Numbered from the stretch's first letter, positions 9,501 through 18,365 are shown. The stretch: 64,000 nucleotides of DNA from an uncultured delta proteobacterium (GCA_963778655.1 CAVZVA010000011.1:352001-416000), one strand, 5' to 3'. Notes: generated by a model not told the origin, from the sequence alone. Program-made: numbers and translations.

Positions 9501-10867
9501 GCCACGACATGTGTCCCAACGACGCCGGCAAGACCGCGCCAGGAACCTGCGGCTGCGGCACCCCCGACGTCGACAGCGACGGCGACGGCGTGCTCGGCTG
9601 CAATGACGGCTGTCCCAACGACGCGAACAAGACCGCGCCAGGAACCTGCGGCTGCGGCACCCCCGACACCGATTCGGACGGCGACGGCACTCCGGACTGC
9701 AACGACACCTGCCCGGTGGACCCCACCCGCGTCGCCAGCCCGTGCGGCTTCGACTACACCGCGACCAACTTCGACCAGAGCACCATCAACTTCGGGCTGG
9801 CGCCGAGCACCACGCTCGACTGCCAGTCCACCACCACCATCGACACCACCGGCTCGGTCACCATCACCAACTGGTGCGGAACCGCGCCGACCCCGATCAT
9901 CCAACCGCAGAGCGGCGGTCAGGACGTGGTGGTGCTGCCGCTGCAGGCGCTGACCGTCGCCTCCAGCACCACGCTGCGCGTGATCGGCAGCCGGCCGCTG
10001 ATCCTGGCGGTGCGCGGAGACGTGGCGATCAACGGCACGATCAACGTGCGCGGCCTCGGCACGACGCCGGGCGCAGGCGGCAACGCCTGCGGCGGCGGCA
10101 ACGCGGGCAACGGCTCCAGCGACTCGCGCAGCAGCGAAGGCGCGGGCGGCGGCGGCGGCGCGGGCTTCGCAGCCGGCGGCGGCTCCGGCGGCCGCGGCAA
10201 TCGCAGCAACGGCTCGACCTCGGGCGGCGGCGCAGGCGCATCCGAGGGCGGCGCGAGTCTGTCGCCGCTACGCGGCGGTTGCAAAGGCGGCAGCGGCGGC
10301 AACGGCAGCGGCACCGGCGGCGCGGGCGGCGGCGGCGGCGGCGCGATTCAGATCTCCTCGGGCGGCAACCTCACCGTGGGCGGCAGCGCGGTGATCAGCG
10401 CGTCGGCCGGCGGCGGGGGAACCGGCAGCAACCGCCGCGACGGCGGCGGCGGCGGCGGCAGCGGCGGCGCCGTGTTCCTCGAGGCGCACGTGGTGAGCGT
10501 GCCATCGGGCGCATGGGTCACGGCCAACGGCGGCGGCGGCGCCAGCGGCTCGCCGAATACGAGCGGCGGCACCAACGCGGGCAGCGATGGCGCCAGCAAC
10601 AACAACAACCGCGCCGGCGGCGGCAACGGCAGCAATGGCGCCGGCGACGGCGGTCGCGGCGGCGCAGGCTCGAGCACGGGAGGCGAGAACGGCAGCGACG
10701 GGCAGTGCACCGGAGGGTTTCTCATCTGTGCTTTCGGCGGGACCTACGGTGCCGGCGGCGGGGGCGGGGGCGGCGCGGTCGGGCGCATCCGCGTACACGC
10801 CACCCAGAGCTGCAGCCTGAGCGGCGGCAGCTTCAGCCCCTCGGTCGGCCAACAGAACTGCCCGTAG
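6587..10867 (+). CDS. Giant Cys-rich lipoprotein: Cys-rich repeats, C-type lectin domain, TSP3-like Ca-binding repeats, Gly-rich C-terminal domain
   Basis: Lipobox LAAC and many DCDxxxxxGCE...NCGACG repeats. CTL domain YYFC...TWDDARAHC...WIG...WNSGEPND...EDC...WNDQPC...FVCE. DxDxDG repeats and polyglycine stretches follow. Confidence 0.9.
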   Translation: MVSCARYSGLILVCCAAWLAACKPFDAGLLKRKTGGNTIASDSGQAPADAAITRPDAGDAAIAPDAMVMLGTGGSASSGTGGTGGSGPDSGGCVANPNSIDGTCPMICPEQCNGEDDDCDGTIDEDLEDACSLLNASAACSRGHCVIVQCQGGYRDCDHDPSTGCETPADDVNNCGACGTRCSFPHAIAGCVDGKCVPVGCQPLYGDCDANPSDCETSTNTLQSCAGCGTPCTDADVANATASCETGVCGVGQCFTDFGDCDGLAGDGCEQMLNTTDHCGACDQPCDFTGSVDDCGTGVCLAQSCEPGYDDCDGNPANGCEALDQPDRCGACDKSCDTSLLNVTAASCDNEQCNVTCAHGFGDCDGDPSTGCETSVSDSLMRCGGCDSPCGYPHAEVSCVDGVCTFHQCQPGWGDCNNDLASDGCETSLNQNDHCGQCDTSCVGTSTPQCSGGTCSMTVCPADMADCNNDTTCEANLQTDVNNCGACGNGCAFTSSSPHAGGGLSCVGGQCKPSCDSLFDDCNGDYRDGCETALTTASNCGACGQGCSIANASATCSTGSCRVSQCAQDWRDCDNDGTSCETQLGTTQNCTGCGMACTLTNAIASCVGSAGSHSCAVSSCTQSYFADCNNMPGDGCEIDKRNSAKNCNGCGNDCTSHPNVQSATCGNGACNYTCAQGFGNCNSMPGCETPLTTSADCGACGVGCARANGSASCSTGTCTLTGCDPGFKDCDGNPADGCEPLTTLTNCGDCNTPCNIVNGSGTCATQSCEVDSCDAGWDDCDGDVVNGCERNVDSPAMGGLGPCLPDSGCVHQSYNGQDYYFCPTARTWDDARAHCQQQLLGSLLHINDADENAFVQSQLLADSWIGGTDSMTEGVWLWGNDGSQFWMGQSGGTALQYANWNSGEPNDYNGAEDCAEIFTNGLWNDQPCSSTHAFVCEVQLDLCPSDPNKVNPGQCGCGMPDTDTDGDRTADCHDMCPNDAGKTAPGTCGCGTPDVDSDGDGVLGCNDGCPNDANKTAPGTCGCGTPDTDSDGDGTPDCNDTCPVDPTRVASPCGFDYTATNFDQSTINFGLAPSTTLDCQSTTTIDTTGSVTITNWCGTAPTPIIQPQSGGQDVVVLPLQALTVASSTTLRVIGSRPLILAVRGDVAINGTINVRGLGTTPGAGGNACGGGNAGNGSSDSRSSEGAGGGGGAGFAAGGGSGGRGNRSNGSTSGGGAGASEGGASLSPLRGGCKGGSGGNGSGTGGAGGGGGGAIQISSGGNLTVGGSAVISASAGGGGTGSNRRDGGGGGGSGGAVFLEAHVVSVPSGAWVTANGGGGASGSPNTSGGTNAGSDGASNNNNRAGGGNGSNGAGDGGRGGAGSSTGGENGSDGQCTGGFLICAFGGTYGAGGGGGGGAVGRIRVHATQSCSLSGGSFSPSVGQQNCP
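9511..9667 (+). repeat. Near-identical intragenic direct repeat (99-bp period, TSP3-like unit)
   Basis: TGTCCCAACGACGC(CGG/GAA)CAAGACCGCGCCAGGAACCTGCGGCTGCGGCACCCCCGAC occurs at about 9512 and about 9611. Confidence 0.85.
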
Positions 10868-10877
10868 CGGCGGCGCC

Positions 10878-11519
10878 TCACCTCCACGCGAACACGGGCT
10901 GCTCGTAGTGGGCCACGCGCGTGGCCCGGCCCTGCAGCGCGACTTCCCACAGCTGGTAGAGAATCGCGGCCGTGGGCGCGTGCACCGCGGTCTGCAGCTG
11001 GGCGATCGGAAGCTGGATCAGCGGCCGATCGCTCTCCGGAATACGCGAGAGGCGTGGCACCCCGGGGCGGCCGAGCGTCTCCAGCGGCACGTGGTAGGCG
11101 GCCGCGACTTCCTCCGGGTTGGGCGTGAGCGCGCTGGGCTCGCCGTGCCAGATCACCACCGGTGTGATCACGTAGCCGGAGCGCGTTGCGTAGTCGTCGA
11201 GCAAGCCGAGCACTGAGCGCTGCGGGCTGACTACGCCGACCTCCTCGGCGAGCTCGCGCAGCGCGGTGCGCGCCGCGTCCTCGCCGGCCTCGATGCGCCC
11301 GCCCGGCAAGGCCCACTGGCCCGCGTGCGCACGCAGGCGCTGCGCGCGACGGGTGAGGATGAAGCACGCCTGGCCTGCGGCGTCGGCCACCACCACCACG
11401 GCGACCGCAGCGGGCCGCAGCCCGCCGGCGCAGAGCGCCTGGCGCTCGAAGCGCGCCAGGTTGGTCGCGATCCGGCCGCGCAGCGCGGCCTCGGCCGCCA
11501 GTGGACCCGTGGCGTTCAC
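10878..11519 (-). CDS. Nudix hydrolase, CoA pyrophosphatase (NudL/PCD1-like)
   Basis: LTRRAQRLRAHAGQWALPGG followed by the Nudix box GRIEAGEDAARTALRELAEEVG. Start uncertain (11519/11606). Confidence 0.9.
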   Translation of the reverse strand: MNATGPLAAEAALRGRIATNLARFERQALCAGGLRPAAVAVVVVADAAGQACFILTRRAQRLRAHAGQWALPGGRIEAGEDAARTALRELAEEVGVVSPQRSVLGLLDDYATRSGYVITPVVIWHGEPSALTPNPEEVAAAYHVPLETLGRPGVPRLSRIPESDRPLIQLPIAQLQTAVHAPTAAILYQLWEVALQGRATRVAHYEQPVFAWR

Positions 11520-11706
11520 GGTTTCGGCATACCAGAGGCTCGCTGCCGGCTCCACCGGCGGGCCTGGCGCCCGGCAATCCCCCCAAGCGGCCGGGCCCAC
11601 AGGCATGGGGAGGTCTGGGACCCGGCCGCCCTTGAGATCTTGGCTATCAGGGCGGTCGGGAGACGGCTGTGAAGCGGTTCACAGCCGCGTCGTTTTCCGT
11701 CGCTTT

Positions 11707-11889
11707 TCAGAAGCCGAACAGGCGACGCAGCCGGCTGCGCTCGGGATCCTGCGGCGAGGTTTCATCGCGGCGCTCCCGGCACTGGCAGCGCTGCTCCTGG
11801 GGCACGTCGCCCAGCACCTGCTCCACGTGGCGGCCACAGCCGCTATAACTTGGTTTTTCGCAATTCGGGCAACGTACGCGCTGGCACAT
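11707..11889 (-). CDS. Small Cys-rich putative metal-binding protein (60 aa)
   Basis: MCQRVRCPNCEKPSYSGCGRHVEQVLGDVPQEQRCQC..., with an AGGAG SD 4 nt before the ATG. Confidence 0.75.
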   Translation of the reverse strand: MCQRVRCPNCEKPSYSGCGRHVEQVLGDVPQEQRCQCRERRDETSPQDPERSRLRRLFGF

Positions 11890-12065
11890 GACACTCCTCA
11901 CGGGTTCGAAAAAAATGCAGCGTCTGCAGCAGGTTGGAGCCGTGTCCGCGGCCGAGGATTCGGCCCACCCGAGCTTTTTCGACACTGCGCGCCACGCCGA
12001 ATTGCAGCGCCGGAGCGAACCCCGGACGGGCCCGGGCGGCTCGAACAGTGCGGGAGGATGAAGTC

Positions 12066-12269
12066 ATGACCCGCAATGAAGGAACGCTCGACCGCGGAAT
12101 TCGGATCACCGTCGGTTTCGGTCTGCTCGTGTTCGCCATCGCCACCGGAAACGCCCTGGGGCTGCTCGGGCTGATCCCACTGGCCACGGGTATCGCCGGC
12201 ATCTGCCCGGTCTACCGCGTGCTCGGGATCCACACCCGCGGCCAGCCGCACGAGCCGCAGTCTTCCTGA
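12066..12269 (+). CDS. DUF2892/YgaP-like small membrane protein
   Basis: MTRNEGTLDRGIRI...GLIPLATGIAGICPVYRVLGIHT, with a GGAGG SD upstream. Confidence 0.9.
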   Translation: MTRNEGTLDRGIRITVGFGLLVFAIATGNALGLLGLIPLATGIAGICPVYRVLGIHTRGQPHEPQSS

Positions 12270-12302
12270 CCGGCGGTCCGCGAACGCAGAGACAGCCGCC
12301 CG

Positions 12303-13895
12303 CTATTCGCGGGCACGTACCACGGCAAAGACCGCGCCGTCGCGGCCGATCGCGTGCACGATCTTCGAGCGCGTGAAGTTGCGATCGAAGCCGTAGCGGG
12401 TGGTACCGAGGTAGTAGGCGTAGCGGGCCGGCAGCGCGCCCTCGGCCCGATGGAAGATGGTGTCCATCTGCACCCCGGGCGCCAGAAAATGCCGCGCGGC
12501 CATGGAGCCGTGATCGTCGGCGGCGACCAGCACGCACGTCGGCTGCTTGCGCGCGCGCGCGCGCCCGTTGATCCACTCGGCCGCCTCGCGGTAGGCGAGC
12601 AGGAAGTACTCGGTCTCGTAGCGTCCGCTGGCTCCCCCAACCCCGCCGACGAAGGCGTTGAAGTACGTGGTCTCATAGGGATGCAGGCGCACCAGGCTGG
12701 CGACCGGCGCCGCCAGCGCCAGCGCGAGCGACGCATGGGCGAGCCAGCGCAGCCCGAAGCGCGCGGCGAGCGCAACGAGCTCACGCGCGCCGAGCGCGAC
12801 CAGCACAGCGAGCGCGGGCAGCGTGAACAGCACGTGGCGCATGCCGTCGTAGACGTTGGGCCGCAGCAGCAGCCCGAGCAGGTACGGCAGCAGGAGCCAG
12901 CAGGGGATCGCCCAGAGGACGCAGGCCTGCATCACCGCTGCGCGGCGTGCGTCGCGCAGCGCCGCGTACAGCCCCACCGCCCCGAGCGCGAGCCACGGAA
13001 TAGGCACCGTGATCAGCAGAAACTCGAGCAGGTAGCGGCCGGGCAGCGTGGTGCTGGTGAGCATGTGACCCTCGAACAGCACCGGATAGGACATCGGAAA
13101 CGAGTACGCCGCGAGGATCGACAGCACCGGGTTGGTCAAGGGCGCGCTCCACGCGAACGGCCATAGCGCGATCATGATGGCCCACGACAGCACCATCACC
13201 ACCAGCACGCCGCGCAACAACGCCACGCGCTCGAGCCACCCGCGCGCCGCCGCCAGCAGCAGCGGAAGCGCGAGCAGCACGCCCACGATCGGCAAGCCGC
13301 CGGGTCGAATCGCCATCGCCAGCCCCAGCGCCAGACCGAGCACCAGCGCCGCGCGCGCGCTCCCGCGCGCCCCGACGTAGGCAAAGCCGGCCCACATCGC
13401 CAGCACCACCGCCGTCGCGAACGGAAGATCCTTGGTATTGACGAAGCTCTGGCCGTAGAAACGCGGCATCAGGGCCAGCGCCACCGCCGCCAGCAGCGAG
13501 CCCCTGCCCAAGCCCGCCAGGAGACCGATGCGATACACCCCGTAGAGCGCAACCAGACCCGCGAACGCGGTCGCCAGGTGACGCGCCGCATAGGCATCGA
13601 GCCGCAAAGCGTGCTGCACCGCGAGCGCGAACAGCTCGAACAGCGGCCCGTAGAACCGCGTGTACTGGGTGAACGCGCAACGATCACCGCCCCAACTCCA
13701 GAGGCAAGCCGCCACCTGCTGCCCATAGCTGAGTTGGACGTGGTCGTCCCAGTTGATGCCGTAGTCACGGAAGGTGAGCGCCACGACTACGAGGCACAGC
13801 GTGACGAACGAGCCCGGCGCGGCGCGGGCGAGCCAGCCGCGCAATGCCCCGCCGGGGGCCTGGCCTGGGCCGTCTCGCGTGCCGACCGGATCCAC
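12303..13895 (-). CDS. GT-C membrane glycosyltransferase (ArnT/PMT, GT39-like)
   Basis: Many TM segments; motifs DYGINWDD, YGPLFE, PRFYGQSFVNTKDLPF and YDGMRH. Confidence 0.8.
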   Translation of the reverse strand: MDPVGTRDGPGQAPGGALRGWLARAAPGSFVTLCLVVVALTFRDYGINWDDHVQLSYGQQVAACLWSWGGDRCAFTQYTRFYGPLFELFALAVQHALRLDAYAARHLATAFAGLVALYGVYRIGLLAGLGRGSLLAAVALALMPRFYGQSFVNTKDLPFATAVVLAMWAGFAYVGARGSARAALVLGLALGLAMAIRPGGLPIVGVLLALPLLLAAARGWLERVALLRGVLVVMVLSWAIMIALWPFAWSAPLTNPVLSILAAYSFPMSYPVLFEGHMLTSTTLPGRYLLEFLLITVPIPWLALGAVGLYAALRDARRAAVMQACVLWAIPCWLLLPYLLGLLLRPNVYDGMRHVLFTLPALAVLVALGARELVALAARFGLRWLAHASLALALAAPVASLVRLHPYETTYFNAFVGGVGGASGRYETEYFLLAYREAAEWINGRARARKQPTCVLVAADDHGSMAARHFLAPGVQMDTIFHRAEGALPARYAYYLGTTRYGFDRNFTRSKIVHAIGRDGAVFAVVRARE

Positions 13896-13934
13896 ACCGA
13901 GATCATAGGGCGTGGCCCATCCAACCCGCGAGCT

Positions 13935-13962
13935 TTGAGACGCCGCGGTGGTTTGCTATGCT
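13935..13962 (+). promoter_or_regulatory. Sigma70-type promoter for the FHA gene
   Basis: TTGAGA-N16-TATGCT with an extended -10 TG, 12 nt before ATG 13975. Confidence 0.5.
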
Positions 13963-13974
13963 GGGGCCCCGGGC

Positions 13975-14556
13975 ATGGCGGGCGATGAACAGGAGCTCGA
14001 GACCGAGCCCCAGTCGGATGAGGCGTTTCGCTTCGGCGCGTTTTCCGACGAGTGCCGCCGCGATCCGCTCGCCTTTCGCAAACTGCACGGCCGCGCGTTC
14101 TTGCTGTTGCGCCGGACCGGCCCCGAGCCGCTACAACAGCCAGCTCGGCCCACGCGCACGCTGGTGCAGCCGGGGCCGCCCGAGATCATGCGCGAGCTGC
14201 CGCCGTCGGAGTACCTGGTGTTCCCGATCCGCAAGACCGAGCGCTCGCTGATCGCGCGCTTCTACTCGGTGGGGCAGACGCGCAACAACGACATCGTCAT
14301 CCGCGACGTGACGGTCAGCAAGTTCCACGCCTTCTTCCAGGACGCCGCCGACGGCGAGGGCTTCGTGCTGCAGGACGCGCGCTCCACCAACGGCACCTTC
14401 GTCAACGGCATGCGCGTGCCGAGGCAGGGTCAGGGGGATCCGGTCGTGGTGCGCTCCGGCGACCGCGTCCGCTTCGGCAACGTGGAGCTGAGCTTTCTTG
14501 CGGCCGACGAATTCTGCGAGCTGGTGCGCTCGGCCGACGCGGTCAGGCGGCGCTGA
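13975..14556 (+). CDS. FHA domain protein
   Basis: SVGQTRNNDIVIRDVTVSKFHA...LQDARSTNGTFVNG...GDRVRFG. Note GQ in place of the usual GR. Confidence 0.9.
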   Translation: MAGDEQELETEPQSDEAFRFGAFSDECRRDPLAFRKLHGRAFLLLRRTGPEPLQQPARPTRTLVQPGPPEIMRELPPSEYLVFPIRKTERSLIARFYSVGQTRNNDIVIRDVTVSKFHAFFQDAADGEGFVLQDARSTNGTFVNGMRVPRQGQGDPVVVRSGDRVRFGNVELSFLAADEFCELVRSADAVRRR

Positions 14557-14644
14557 GGCCCGACCAGCCGCGGCCGGAGATTCTGCTCTTCCCGTCTTCT
14601 TGTCATCCGAAACAGTCCTTTCGTCACCCCACGCGATCCAAGAG

Positions 14645-15538
14645 TTACTCTGCAGGGCTGAGCGGCACGCGGGGGCGAGTGCGCAGGTGGGGCAGGAAGG
14701 GGCCGAGCAGGTAGTTGTCCAGGCAGAAGCCGAAGATCGAATTCTGATTCAGCGCGGGGTCGATACGGGCGGCGCGGGCGGCGTGCAGCGCGCGCAGCGT
14801 GCTCCAGTGGGCACCCGGCTTTTCGTGGTGCACGGTGTGGAAGCCCGCGTCGAACACCAGCCAGTTCTGCAGCGGGCTCACGAAGTTGCGCGAGTGGTTG
14901 TCGGGCGAGCTCGGATCGCAGTGCACGTGCTGCACGTAGTTGGTGAACATCATCGACCACGAGGCGAACAGGGCCGGTACGCCCATGCACAGCCCGTAGG
15001 CAGCGGCGCCAGCGCGCGCGCCGTGCAGCGCAACCGCAAGCACCAGCACGCCGGCGTGCGCGGCGAGCAGCACCGCGTATTGCGCGGCGATGGCACGGAA
15101 GCGGCCACGCGCGCGCGCCTGCGCGACGTAGCGGGTGATGCCCTCCGCCTGCCAGACGGCCGAGCGCACGGGATAGCTGAGCGCCTGCCACAGTGTGTTG
15201 TGCTGCGAGCTGCGCGTGGTGCGCGTCGCGTCGAGCGGGCCGTTGAGGTAGCGGTGGTGGTTCTGGTTGTGAGTCGGGATCCAGGCGAAGCTCGGATAGC
15301 CGTAGAACACCGAGAGCCACGCCGAATAGACCTGGTTGGGCGCGCGCCCCACGAACACGGGACAGTGGTTGTGGTTGTGCGTGAGCACGCCGGCGCAATA
15401 CGCCAGGTACAGCGCGAACGGCAGCAGCCACGGCGCCAGCTCGAGCCGCAGCACACCGAGCAAAGGCACGGCGGGGAACAGCACGAGCGCCCAAAGCAGG
15501 GCGCGCAGGTCGGCAGGGTTGCGCAGGCGCATGGTCAT
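14645..15538 (-). CDS. Membrane fatty acid desaturase family protein
   Basis: Three His boxes (HNHNH, HNQNHH, HTVHH) plus TM helices. Confidence 0.9.
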   Translation of the reverse strand: MTMRLRNPADLRALLWALVLFPAVPLLGVLRLELAPWLLPFALYLAYCAGVLTHNHNHCPVFVGRAPNQVYSAWLSVFYGYPSFAWIPTHNQNHHRYLNGPLDATRTTRSSQHNTLWQALSYPVRSAVWQAEGITRYVAQARARGRFRAIAAQYAVLLAAHAGVLVLAVALHGARAGAAAYGLCMGVPALFASWSMMFTNYVQHVHCDPSSPDNHSRNFVSPLQNWLVFDAGFHTVHHEKPGAHWSTLRALHAARAARIDPALNQNSIFGFCLDNYLLGPFLPHLRTRPRVPLSPAE

Positions 15539-15855
15539 CTCCCGGTAGCCGCCACGGTAGCGGCGGGATCTGTCGCGTGTGGCTTGAGCATGCGCGGCGC
15601 GGAGGCGTACCACCATTCGCCATCGACTCGGATTTCACCCGCCAGCCGGCCGGCGCGAAAGCCCGCGCGTTGCAAGGCGCGTCCGGGCACGCTGCGCCAC
15701 CCGCGCCGGGCCGCGGCCTCGGATCTGGGCACAACATCTCGACACCGCGCCGCCACACGCGCGGCGGCCTTGACGCTACCGCTCCCAATCTCTCGTGGTT
15801 GGATTTCTGTCCGCCGTGCGGCAAGCCAGCCGCCAAGCAATTGGGAACCGTGGTG

Positions 15856-16362
15856 TCAGGGAGCGCGGCGCGGCGGCGCAGCCTGCCCGCTGGCGCCCGC
15901 GCTGGCGCGCTCGAACCAGCGGCGCATCCAGCGCCTGGGCCAGGGGAAGCCGTAGCCGAACCACAGCGCGTCCACGATACGCGTGATCTCGGCCCCGCGA
16001 TCGTCCGCGTGCGCGAGCTCGACCAGGTAGGCTTCGCGCTCCCAGCGAAAACGGAACCAGCACAGGCCGATCGGCAGCGGCAGCAGCAGGTAGCTCAGCC
16101 ACATCAGCACGCCAAAGCGCCGCCACTGCCGCACGTGGACCAGCTCGTGCTCCAGCACGACCGGGTACGCCAGCGGGTCGGTCACGCATTCCGGGTAGTA
16201 GATGGTGCGGCCGATCGTGGTCCAGTAGCGCTGCATGAAGGCTCGGTTGCCGAGCGCGCGCAAGGCCAGGGCGCTGGCGCGCATCAGCCGCGAGCCGGCC
16301 TTGGGCGCGAGCCGCACCCCCTGCTGTGCCAGGCGGTCCGGGTCGAAGCGCGCGGCGGACAT
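15856..16362 (-). CDS. Small membrane-associated HExxH protein (putative metallopeptidase)
   Basis: TTIGRTIY...VLEHELVHVRQW...WEREAY with one hydrophobic segment; 10 bp downstream of the permease. Confidence 0.65.
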   Translation of the reverse strand: MSAARFDPDRLAQQGVRLAPKAGSRLMRASALALRALGNRAFMQRYWTTIGRTIYYPECVTDPLAYPVVLEHELVHVRQWRRFGVLMWLSYLLLPLPIGLCWFRFRWEREAYLVELAHADDRGAEITRIVDALWFGYGFPWPRRWMRRWFERASAGASGQAAPPRRAP

Positions 16363-16372
16363 CGCAGGCCCC

Positions 16373-17161
16373 CTACGCCGTGAGCCGGCGGCGGATCCAG
16401 CGCCGCGCGTAGCCGAGCAGGAGCAACGAGAGCGCGAGGCTGTAGACCACGTCCCAGAGCAGCAAGCCGGCGCTCGGATAGCCGTGGTGCGCACCGTAGA
16501 ACGCGAAACGCGCCAGCCGCACCGGATGCAGCAGCGGCAGCAGCTCGGCCGCCAGCAGCCACACGCCGTGAAAGCGCTCCGCGATCGGGAAGAAGATGTC
16601 GGAGAACAGGAACAGCGGCGTCAGGAAGAGCGTGAAGTAGAAGCTGAACAGGTCCATGTTCTCGACCCGCAGCGTGAAGGCCAGACCGATCGCCGCGAAC
16701 ATCACGCCGGCCAGCGGGATCACCGGCACGATCAGCAGCACGCCCGGAAAGGGCGCCAGCCCGAACACGGCCGTCACCAGCAGAAAACACCCACCGTAGA
16801 TGCCGGCGCGAATCAGCGCCCACAGCAGCTCGCCGAGCAAGATGTCGTCGGGCTCGATCGGCGTGGTGAGCATGGCCGCGTAGGCTTTCTCGTAGTGCAG
16901 GCGCACGTACACGTTGTAGGTCGCCTCGTAGCTGGCGCCGTTCATGGCCGCGACGCACACCAGACCGGGCGCCAGGAACTGGATGTACGTCATCCCGCCC
17001 ATGTTGCTCACGTAGGCGCCCACGCCGAGCCCGATCGACCACAGGTAGAACAGCGGCTCGAAGAAATTCGGCAGGATGTTGAGCTGCCAGGTGCGCTTGT
17101 ACATGGTCGCGTTGCGGCCGCACACCGCGAGCGCGTGGTGCAGCGAGATAGACCGGCTCAT
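16373..17161 (-). CDS. ABC-2 type permease (NodJ-like)
   Basis: NFFEPLFYL, YIQFLAPGL, MLTTPIEPDDILLGE and PLFLFSDIFFP. ATGA overlap with the ATPase gene. Confidence 0.9.
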   Translation of the reverse strand: MSRSISLHHALAVCGRNATMYKRTWQLNILPNFFEPLFYLWSIGLGVGAYVSNMGGMTYIQFLAPGLVCVAAMNGASYEATYNVYVRLHYEKAYAAMLTTPIEPDDILLGELLWALIRAGIYGGCFLLVTAVFGLAPFPGVLLIVPVIPLAGVMFAAIGLAFTLRVENMDLFSFYFTLFLTPLFLFSDIFFPIAERFHGVWLLAAELLPLLHPVRLARFAFYGAHHGYPSAGLLLWDVVYSLALSLLLLGYARRWIRRRLTA

Positions 17162-18084
17162 GCTCCCGCCCTCAGCGCGGCGCCGGTCTCCGCCAGAAAC
17201 AGATCCTCGAGATTCGCGGGCCGCACCACGAACGCGCGCTCGCTGCCACCGTTCAGGTGCCGCACGCGCTCGACCAGCGGCGCGGCCTGATCGCCGAACA
17301 GGAACAGCCGCGGGCCCGAGCGCAGGGTCTTGACCGCCGTGAGCCCCGCCGTGAGGCTCCGCTCCTCCTCCTCGCTGCAGTCGAGCTCCAGCACCTCGCG
17401 CGCGAGCCGCGCGTCGATCAGCGCTCGCGGGGAGCCCTCGCACACCGCGCGGCCCTCGCTCATGATGAGCACGCGATCGCACAATCGCTCGGCCTCTTCC
17501 ATGTAGTGGGTGGTGAGCAGCACGGTCTTGCCACGGGCCTTGAGCTCCCGAACCTTGTTCCACAGCACCAGGCGTACGGCCGGGTCGAGCCCGGTGGTGG
17601 GCTCGTCCAGGATCAGCAGCTCCGGATCGTTGATCAACGACATCGCGATCGCGAGCCTGCGCTTGAAGCCGCCCGAAAGAGCGACCGCGGGCACCCGGGC
17701 GTGGGAGCCGAGCTCGAACTGCTCGATCAGCGCCTCGACCCGGCGCGACAGCTCCGGCTCGCGCAGCAGGTGATAGTGCCCGAACACACGCAGGTTCTCG
17801 GCTGCGTTCAGCGTCTCGATCAGCACATTGTCCTGCAGCGTGACGCCGAGCCGGCTGCGCACGCGCCGGCCCTCGCTCGCCACATCGAGCCCGAACACCG
17901 TGATGCGCCCCGCGTCCGGGCGGGACACGCCGTAGACCATGCGCAGCGTGGTGGTCTTGCCGGCCCCGTTGGGGCCGAGCAGGCCGAAGCACAGACCCTG
18001 CTCCACGGCCAGGTCGAGCCCGTCGACCGCGATCGCGGAGTCAAAACGTTTGGTGAGGCCCTCGCCTCGAACGACGGCTGTCAT
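17158..18084 (-). CDS. ABC transporter ATPase (NodI-like)
   Basis: GPNGAGKTT, LSGG, LILDEPT and TTHYMEEAERLCD. Confidence 0.93.
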   Translation of the reverse strand: MTAVVRGEGLTKRFDSAIAVDGLDLAVEQGLCFGLLGPNGAGKTTTLRMVYGVSRPDAGRITVFGLDVASEGRRVRSRLGVTLQDNVLIETLNAAENLRVFGHYHLLREPELSRRVEALIEQFELGSHARVPAVALSGGFKRRLAIAMSLINDPELLILDEPTTGLDPAVRLVLWNKVRELKARGKTVLLTTHYMEEAERLCDRVLIMSEGRAVCEGSPRALIDARLAREVLELDCSEEEERSLTAGLTAVKTLRSGPRLFLFGDQAAPLVERVRHLNGGSERAFVVRPANLEDLFLAETGAALRAGA

Positions 18085-18365
18085 GCACGTGCGCGCCACG
18101 CGAGCCGAGGGCCGCGGGCCGGTCAGCCTAGCACGGCGCGATCGGCCACCAAGCGTGTCTGCCACGGGGTCCTGGCGTTGCGGGCGCGGCCCGCGCGTGA
18201 AGGACTGCACGGGTTGCGTCCATTAAGCCCTGACCGGGTCGTCTGTCCGACCCGGCGCTCCACGCTAACTATGGATTTTCGCTCGAGTAAGCGCAGGGGC
18301 TGCAGCCCCCGACCGGCATCGTTCAATGGACGCGGGTCGCCGCCGGCGGCTATTTTAGCCCCGCG

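Noticed and set aside
9020..9670. Diversity-generating retroelement targeting the C-type lectin
   Set aside because: No reverse transcriptase in the window. The nearby repeat is a coding TSP3 duplication, not an adenine-variable TR/VR pair.
16373..18084. Nodulation (Nod factor) gene cluster
   Set aside because: No nodABC is present, and NodIJ-like exporters are widespread outside rhizobia.
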